From a virus, in the IMG/VR virus record IMGVR_UViG_3300010413_000014, positions 1-64,000 of that record: a DNA stretch of 64,000 bases, one strand, 5' to 3'. The notes beneath the pieces are model-generated. The model was not told the DNA's origin, made no database searches, and saw only the letters and a program-made list of their open reading frames with translations. The translations under genes were made by a program, and so were the position numbers. This document shows positions 58,144 through 64,000 of the stretch, piece after piece. Within the stretch, counting starts at the first letter, position 1; each line of letters begins with the position of its first letter.

Positions 58144-58176
58144 CTAAAAATAAGTGACAAATTTCGCTTTTGCAAC
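58144..58176 (-). promoter_or_regulatory. Host-type promoter
   Basis: GTTG-N20-TATTTTTAG. Confidence 0.65.
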
Positions 58177-58188
58177 AGTTGAGATAAA

Positions 58189-60234
58189 TTATTTCAAGAT
58201 TTTGATTCTCGATGATTTATTCAAGGTGAATTGATTGCCTTTTGCCCACTTTACATCATAAGCAAGCTCACCATTGAAAAGGATGATTGATCCTTCACAA
58301 TCTTTCAGATCCTTCTTGAATCGAGCATACTCTTCAGACCATATCATTACATTAAAAAGATTATAATTGGCTTCGATTATCAATCGCATGAACTTACCTT
58401 TGGCGCTCGATCTCTCGACAGCTTGAACAATATAACCTCCAAAACTTCTTATTATTCGATTATGTTGAGGTTGCGATGCTATTTCGATTGAGCAAAATTC
58501 AGATGGAATATCAGTCAGCTCTTCGACCATTTGCTTGTAATCAATAAAAACTAATCCAGTTAATTCCTTTTGCTTCATTTGCCACCACCATCGTTCTTCC
58601 ATTGAGCCTACAGTAAATTGATCGCGATCCGGTTTAGTAACCTTAACCTTTTTATATTCTCTGAATTGCTTTATGAGATTGTTTCGCTTTTCTTCTGCTC
58701 CTTCAATATTCATCAATCGATCAAATGCACCACAAGCTATTAATGCTTCATATGTTTGCTTCTTGACTGCTGATCCCTTATAATTGAAACGATCAATAAA
58801 TTCAATCAGATCTTTGAAGGGACCGTTCTCATTGCGCTCTTCGATTATTTGCTTTGCTGTTTCGAGACCAATGCCTTTGATAGAAGATAGTCCCCAATAG
58901 ATTGTTTTCGATTGTAGATCAGAAGACATCTCCATATCTGATCCGTTGATATCAGCTGATACAATCGATATCTCTTTAGTGTTGAAGATTTCAGAAAGAA
59001 ATTTCAATCCTTTTTCTTTCTTAGCATAATCAAGAGCTACAGTCCAATATTCAATCGGATAATGCACCTTCAAATACTGTGAGGCATATCCAGTCTTTGC
59101 GTAAGCTGCAGCGTGACTACGGTTAAAAGAATACTTAGCAAATTCAAGCAATACATTCCAGATTTCATTGAAGGTTTCTTGTGGACATCCACGAGATAAA
59201 AATCCTTCTTCAACTCGATCTCTCCACGCTTTCAACACCTTCTCCTTCTTTTTACCCATCGCTCGACGCACATCATCTGCCTCCATATCTGACAATCCTC
59301 CGATCTGCGAGCAAACCTGCATTATCTGTTCCTGATAACACAAAATTCCATATGTATCTTTCGTGATATTCTCCATGCCCCACAGATACTCAACAGGTCG
59401 TCCTTCATTCTTACATTTTACATAGATCTCGTGATAATGATTCTCCATTGGACCAGGACGACACAATGCAACTGCAGCAATCAAATCTTCAATTGACTTC
59501 GGCTTTAGTGACCGAGTATATCCTACTTGAGTATCTGTTCCGAATTGGAATACATCTCCACTCCATCCATTTGAAAAGTAACGATACACTTCAGGATCTT
59601 CAGGAAGGTTGTAAATATCGGGTTTTTCTTTACCATTCTTCTCAATCAGATTCAAGATATCAGTAAATTTATCCAACTGCTTGATCCCAAGGATATCCTC
59701 CTTTAAGAATCCTGCATCATCCATCTCACCTCCACCCCACTCACTAACAATTAAAGGAGTGCTTTGTCCTTTAGGTCGAACCTTTCGAAGTGGACACCAC
59801 TCTTCACCTTTCAAAGTATCAGGAAAGATGATCATCGCACATGAGTGTATTGATCGGGTTTTTGGTTGCTCTAGAATTGAAGGCATCATACGAAAGATTT
59901 GAGATTGTTGCTTGATATAGCGTTTCAATCTCGGCTCTTTCGCAGCTCTTTTAAAGAGATCTTTCATAGAGATATCTTCATTATCAATGATCGCAGTCAT
60001 TAAATTAGCCATTGCGAAATCATTGTCGAACTGCTTATCGAGATCTTTCAATACACCCTTCAATTGTAGTGTTGTAAAGGTTCCAACACTACATACTTGA
60101 GTTTCGCCAAATCTACGTTCCATATAAGCCTTAACTGCTGGACGATCGCGTCCTGCAAAATCAGTATCAACGTCTGGCAATGTACCGTTAATCAGCTTTT
60201 TACCGACAACTTGTTTGATTTCTAATACTTTCAT
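58189..60234 (-). CDS. dnaE: DNA polymerase III alpha (DnaE), C-terminal part
   Basis: PDVDTDF, KEDILG, VFQF, RPGPM, YQEQIM, YSFNRSHA, IKGIG (HhH), C-terminal OB fold. Confidence 0.93.
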   Translation of the reverse strand: MKVLEIKQVVGKKLINGTLPDVDTDFAGRDRPAVKAYMERRFGETQVCSVGTFTTLQLKGVLKDLDKQFDNDFAMANLMTAIIDNEDISMKDLFKRAAKEPRLKRYIKQQSQIFRMMPSILEQPKTRSIHSCAMIIFPDTLKGEEWCPLRKVRPKGQSTPLIVSEWGGGEMDDAGFLKEDILGIKQLDKFTDILNLIEKNGKEKPDIYNLPEDPEVYRYFSNGWSGDVFQFGTDTQVGYTRSLKPKSIEDLIAAVALCRPGPMENHYHEIYVKCKNEGRPVEYLWGMENITKDTYGILCYQEQIMQVCSQIGGLSDMEADDVRRAMGKKKEKVLKAWRDRVEEGFLSRGCPQETFNEIWNVLLEFAKYSFNRSHAAAYAKTGYASQYLKVHYPIEYWTVALDYAKKEKGLKFLSEIFNTKEISIVSADINGSDMEMSSDLQSKTIYWGLSSIKGIGLETAKQIIEERNENGPFKDLIEFIDRFNYKGSAVKKQTYEALIACGAFDRLMNIEGAEEKRNNLIKQFREYKKVKVTKPDRDQFTVGSMEERWWWQMKQKELTGLVFIDYKQMVEELTDIPSEFCSIEIASQPQHNRIIRSFGGYIVQAVERSSAKGKFMRLIIEANYNLFNVMIWSEEYARFKKDLKDCEGSIILFNGELAYDVKWAKGNQFTLNKSSRIKILK

Positions 60235-61115
60235 CTATAATCAACGTTAATATAGTCTAATACAGCTCCACAACCTAATTTATTGATACAGTAATTATAG
60301 AGTGCGGGGTGAGTGATCTTCATTTTTTGAAATTTATTTACTTCTGTCTCTAAATGAATTCCGAACATACAAAAAATACATCCCGTTCGATCATATCCTT
60401 TATCGTATATTGTAGAGTATTGAATACTAAATTTATCAATATATTCCCAAATATCCTCTTCCTTCCAAATTGCTAAAGGATTACTCACCGCCCTCTTTCC
60501 TTCAAATGAATTACACCCCTGTCTCATCCAAGTAGATCGTCGCAAAAAAGATTCTGAAGCCATTGTTCCTATAAAAGGTTTTAGTCCTGTTTCTTTTTCA
60601 TATTTTTTAGCTGGATCTTTTTTGAGATATTGGCAACATTTGTGTGATATAGGAAAAGGGGCTTGAATTAAATATTGCCACTTTTTCGATATTCTGCCTA
60701 AAGAAGAGTTATTAACTCCACTTAAACGTAATTCTCTTAATTTATCGCTATGTGTTGTGCGATACTCATAAATAAATTGAGATTGTTCTTTTGAGATGAC
60801 TGGATAACCATACTTTTCAATAACTTGTTTGAAGTTTTTTTTAGGCTTTAACCAAGTAACATTATCAATAGTTTTGATAAATTCTCTAATCTCAGGAAAC
60901 TCTAATCCTGTATCTACAAATACTGCTGGAATATCAGGATTAATTCTCCTAACTAAATCCAATAAAACCAAACTATCTTTCCCTCCGGAAAAGGAGATAT
61001 ACATTTGATCTTCAAAGTGCGATAACGCTGCACTGATAACATTTAAAGAATGAGCTACTTTATATTCCAAAGATTCATCTTGAAGCTCTTTTAATAATTT
61101 TAAGTTTCGATCCAT
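60231..61115 (-). CDS. Phosphoadenosine phosphosulfate (PAPS) reductase-family protein
   Basis: SFSGGKDS, DTGLEFPE, CC..LKK.P, RTGCIFC. Confidence 0.88.
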   Translation of the reverse strand: MDRNLKLLKELQDESLEYKVAHSLNVISAALSHFEDQMYISFSGGKDSLVLLDLVRRINPDIPAVFVDTGLEFPEIREFIKTIDNVTWLKPKKNFKQVIEKYGYPVISKEQSQFIYEYRTTHSDKLRELRLSGVNNSSLGRISKKWQYLIQAPFPISHKCCQYLKKDPAKKYEKETGLKPFIGTMASESFLRRSTWMRQGCNSFEGKRAVSNPLAIWKEEDIWEYIDKFSIQYSTIYDKGYDRTGCIFCMFGIHLETEVNKFQKMKITHPALYNYCINKLGCGAVLDYINVDYR

Positions 61116-61116
61116 T

Positions 61117-62742
61117 TCAATATTTTAAAATTTTATCACTCTCTTGTAAATCCTGAATGAAGGTAATCCATTCTTCTCCCTTTCGCAACACCCTTAAAAG
61201 AGATCCTTCATTTAAAATAATCACCTTTTCGTCGGTTACGATCTCATATGCTTTACAATCCACCAGCTCACCCATACGTCCTTCATTCAAGAACCTTGAA
61301 AACAGTAGATCGAACTCAAGTGGATCGATTTGAATCAAGCCTAACAAATACGATACAAGTGATCCTCCTGCAGATCCACGTCCAATACCAGTAAGCAGCT
61401 TCTCTCTTTTTGCAAATCCAATGATATCATGCAGCACTAGAAAGTAATCGATAACATCACCTCGTTTCAATACACTGATCTCAGTCTTTAATCGATCAAC
61501 ATATCTCTGTGGATCTTGAATATTACGTTCTTTGAACCCCTTTTTGATCAGATGTAAGAACAGCTCTTCGTTTGATTTGAACTGCTCCGCTTCTTCTGGT
61601 GTCATCTTGTATTTAGGGAGTCGTCGACTAGTAGTATCATAGACAAAATTACACTCTTGAACTACTTGATCCAAGTTCTGATGAGCTCTTTTGAACAAAG
61701 GAATCCAGCTCTTACAATCATCTTCGAACATCTGAATAAGTTCTTTAGCATATTCATCAGAACTTCGCATGTATTGATTCTTTGACCTAAAGTCAAATGC
61801 CTTCCCAATCTTCCATAATGCTTCTCGAGCCTCCCAATCCGATTGCTCTGGATAGTATGCATCATAGATAGCAATCGGTTCTAAGTTACTCGTAAGGAAT
61901 TGCTCATAATTATTAACGAACTCTTCATCCTTATCAGAACTTTCAAAGCGAACTGTCTCTAGTTGATAGTATGCTCCTGGAATATTCGGTCGATCTTTCC
62001 ACATCATTGTCTTGGGATCATACACAATTACCAGATCTCTAGAGTTTTCAATCAAGAATTCTGGAGATATAGCTACCTCTTCATCCACATTAAGTTTTGT
62101 ACTAAACTTCAGTAGGTTTAACCAACCTTGAAATCCTTTAGCATAGCACTTTATGAGGTAGAATGGTCCATTGTCGATTCGAATTGGAACTGTCATGCCG
62201 ATAATCGACTTAATATCATTAGCTTGACATTGATTCTGAAAATCAATAACGCCTGCTAATGTCGATTTTTCGCAAATTCCAAGTGCTTCGATACCAAGAA
62301 ACTTTGCCTTCTTGATCCAATCTGCATATAATCCCAATCCGTTAAGCAATTCATATCCAGAATGAACACCCAAAAATGCCTTAGTTGGAAGTTTTTGAAC
62401 AGCTTTCCCAATGTTCTTTAGTTCTGTCAATTCAGCTTCCTCTACTTCTTTGTGCTGCAGATACCATCGACCTCCAAATTCATACACCCAACCATCTTCA
62501 GGTATTGAGGTACCTGAATCAACTTCATATTCAAGCATCCTTCCAAATCCTTCAGAGTACTCTCTTTCGACTTTTGGAAGTAAAGATTGAGCTGGCAAAA
62601 AATTGAAATCCTCATCAAATAAAAGACGATCATCTGTTATAATGAGATACTCTTTCTCATCTAAACAGAGCACATCGTCTTTAATAGAGAAGTTGAGCAG
62701 TATTTTTCTACAATACTGTTCTAATTTTTTAATTTGATTCAT
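61117..62742 (-). CDS. dnaE: DNA polymerase III alpha (DnaE), N-terminal part (PHP + start of palm)
   Basis: VHSGYELL.G, YFLV..D, GRGSAGGSLV.YLLG...IDPL..DLLFSRFLN. Confidence 0.9.
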   Translation of the reverse strand: MNQIKKLEQYCRKILLNFSIKDDVLCLDEKEYLIITDDRLLFDEDFNFLPAQSLLPKVEREYSEGFGRMLEYEVDSGTSIPEDGWVYEFGGRWYLQHKEVEEAELTELKNIGKAVQKLPTKAFLGVHSGYELLNGLGLYADWIKKAKFLGIEALGICEKSTLAGVIDFQNQCQANDIKSIIGMTVPIRIDNGPFYLIKCYAKGFQGWLNLLKFSTKLNVDEEVAISPEFLIENSRDLVIVYDPKTMMWKDRPNIPGAYYQLETVRFESSDKDEEFVNNYEQFLTSNLEPIAIYDAYYPEQSDWEAREALWKIGKAFDFRSKNQYMRSSDEYAKELIQMFEDDCKSWIPLFKRAHQNLDQVVQECNFVYDTTSRRLPKYKMTPEEAEQFKSNEELFLHLIKKGFKERNIQDPQRYVDRLKTEISVLKRGDVIDYFLVLHDIIGFAKREKLLTGIGRGSAGGSLVSYLLGLIQIDPLEFDLLFSRFLNEGRMGELVDCKAYEIVTDEKVIILNEGSLLRVLRKGEEWITFIQDLQESDKILKY

Positions 62743-62745
62743 ATT

Positions 62746-62961
62746 TTATCTTTCGATTAATAATCCTTTTTTAACTCGATCAACTAATCCGATAACTAGA
62801 TCCATACTTACATTATGCTTCTTAGAAACCTTATAAGTGTCAGAATCAATCTTCCAAGAATTCCAAATAGCTTGTTGCTTTTCAGACATTCTCTTGGGAG
62901 AGGCACTTTTCTTTTCTTTTCTGATAATCATATTTCTAGTTGAATTGCTCATTGCTCTCAT
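62746..62961 (-). CDS. Small HTH-like protein
   Basis: SEKQQAIW..W...YKVSKKHNVS; own promoter. Confidence 0.55.
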   Translation of the reverse strand: MRAMSNSTRNMIIRKEKKSASPKRMSEKQQAIWNSWKIDSDTYKVSKKHNVSMDLVIGLVDRVKKGLLIER

Positions 62962-62989
62962 AACTTTGTGTTTTATTTGTTTTCAATAT

Positions 62990-63022
62990 TTAAAGATACG
63001 GCCATTTGATATATCTAGTAAC
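62990..63022 (-). promoter_or_regulatory. Host-type promoter (weak match)
   Basis: GTTA-N20-TATCTTTAA. Confidence 0.5.
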
Positions 63023-63082
63023 AGGTAGAGGAAAAATTTCGTTAAATTTTTCCTTTACCAACAAACAAAAACACAAAAACTA

Positions 63083-63916
63083 TTATTTGACAGCTTTCAA
63101 AGCGTGGCGGATGCATGCATCTGTAAAGCCAAGCGCCTCTTTAATTTCTTTCACTGAAGGTGTTGCCTCAAAGCTCTTGATATACTCCAAGATCTGTTCC
63201 TTTTTGCTTCCCTTCTTCTCAGTGTCATCAGAAGTTTGTTTTTCAGACTTCTGCTTAGGCTTCTTTTCGATGTAGACTTTAGTTGGAGCTTTAGGTTCAA
63301 CGATTGGATCGGGACGATCTCCAAACAAACTATCAATAGCTTGCTCTACATCTGGATTGATATCTTCAACTTCACTCACAGACTCATCAACTTTGATTAA
63401 TGTTTCGAGATCTGGATGAATGAATGTGTTCTTGATAGTAAGGTTGGAGTAAAAAGCTTTCTGATACTCGGTAATGTTAGATGCATTTTGTAATGAATAT
63501 AAAGCAACAATCAACTTAAGCCGATCTTCACACATCAAAAAGAACATCATCTGACCAACAATTGAATCGTAATCTTTGCGATCCAGTTTCATCATCTCTA
63601 CTCTCATCAAAGCTGCATCGTAGATTTGATCTAAAGTGAATTCAGTCTTTTGAGCCTTTGAAGCTTTTGGAGCCTCGTTATCGATAATGAGTGGTCCTGT
63701 TGGAGCTTCAAAGACTACTTCTTTAACTTCTGTCTCCTCAACCTTCGATCCATCACAATTCAAAACTAATGATGCTTTTCCAATAACTTCAATCTTATCA
63801 ACTCCTAACAGAGTGCCAGATAAACTGCATCGTGAACATTTATAAACATCTCCTTCAGGAGATTCTTGTTTTTGGAAAGAGTGACGATTATCACTCAGCT
63901 CGAATACTTTTTTCAT
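63083..63916 (-). CDS. Hypothetical protein with N-terminal Zn-binding motif and C-terminal winged HTH
   Basis: H..YKCSRC; GSKKEQILEYI...PSVKEIKEALG. Confidence 0.65.
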   Translation of the reverse strand: MKKVFELSDNRHSFQKQESPEGDVYKCSRCSLSGTLLGVDKIEVIGKASLVLNCDGSKVEETEVKEVVFEAPTGPLIIDNEAPKASKAQKTEFTLDQIYDAALMRVEMMKLDRKDYDSIVGQMMFFLMCEDRLKLIVALYSLQNASNITEYQKAFYSNLTIKNTFIHPDLETLIKVDESVSEVEDINPDVEQAIDSLFGDRPDPIVEPKAPTKVYIEKKPKQKSEKQTSDDTEKKGSKKEQILEYIKSFEATPSVKEIKEALGFTDACIRHALKAVK

Positions 63917-64000
63917 GATTAAATTTCTTCGTATGTAAATTTACATTTAACTTCAAGTTTATTCAACTCATCCTCCAACATCTCTTGCTCCTCATCATCT

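Noticed and set aside
60187-61272. Canonical splicing-competent split intein in dnaE
   Set aside because: No block A at the junction, no TxxH, no terminal His-Asn followed by Cys/Ser/Thr; reported instead as a degenerate half-Hint
2999-63275. Plus-strand ORFs in the ORF track (e.g. 7476-7871, 10289-10687, 33002-33331, 43018-43344)
   Set aside because: Antisense shadows of well-supported minus-strand genes, with no recognisable motifs or promoters
506-63916. Genome-wide stop-codon reassignment (as in some crAss-like phages)
   Set aside because: Long genes are intact in code 11; TAG, TGA and TAA all end genes that abut their neighbours; the two internal stops are different codons
1-64000. Prophage / integration module
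   Set aside because: No integrase, repressor-antirepressor switch or flanking host genes in the window

Overview
A 64-kb segment of a probably lytic tailed dsDNA phage (siphovirus-type tail genes). All convincing genes lie on the minus strand. The host is inferred to be Bacteroidota, from about 20 bipartite promoters of the form GTTG-N20-TATCTTTAG (cf. the Bacteroidota TTTG/TAnnTTTG consensus) and A-rich leaders without Shine-Dalgarno sites. 1-23 kb is the virion module: tail fibre, two tail-tube paralogues, a capsid protein with an inserted domain, an InPase-ClpP-scaffold fusion, tape measure, terminase and portal. It is interrupted by tRNA-Ser, a 136-nt enlarged tRNA-like RNA and about 1.3 kb of non-coding repeats. 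At 23-26 kb are tRNA-Ala, candidate structured RNAs and a T7-like single-subunit RNA polymerase. 26-64 kb holds replication, recombination and nucleotide genes (primase-helicase, NrdJ, RNase H, SNF2, ThyX, RuvC, SbcCD, RecA, ligase, DnaE) mixed with terminator-promoter-leader cassettes carrying small genes. The most unusual items are: (i) DnaE split through its palm, with non-catalytic half-Hint-like ends and a PAPS-reductase gene between the halves; (ii) the T7-like RNAP at the boundary of the region lacking host-type promoters; (iii) the enlarged tRNA-like RNA; (iv) four gene-less, palindrome-bearing promoter-like elements at 40.2-42.3 kb. All annotations come from motif recognition by eye; no database searches were run.
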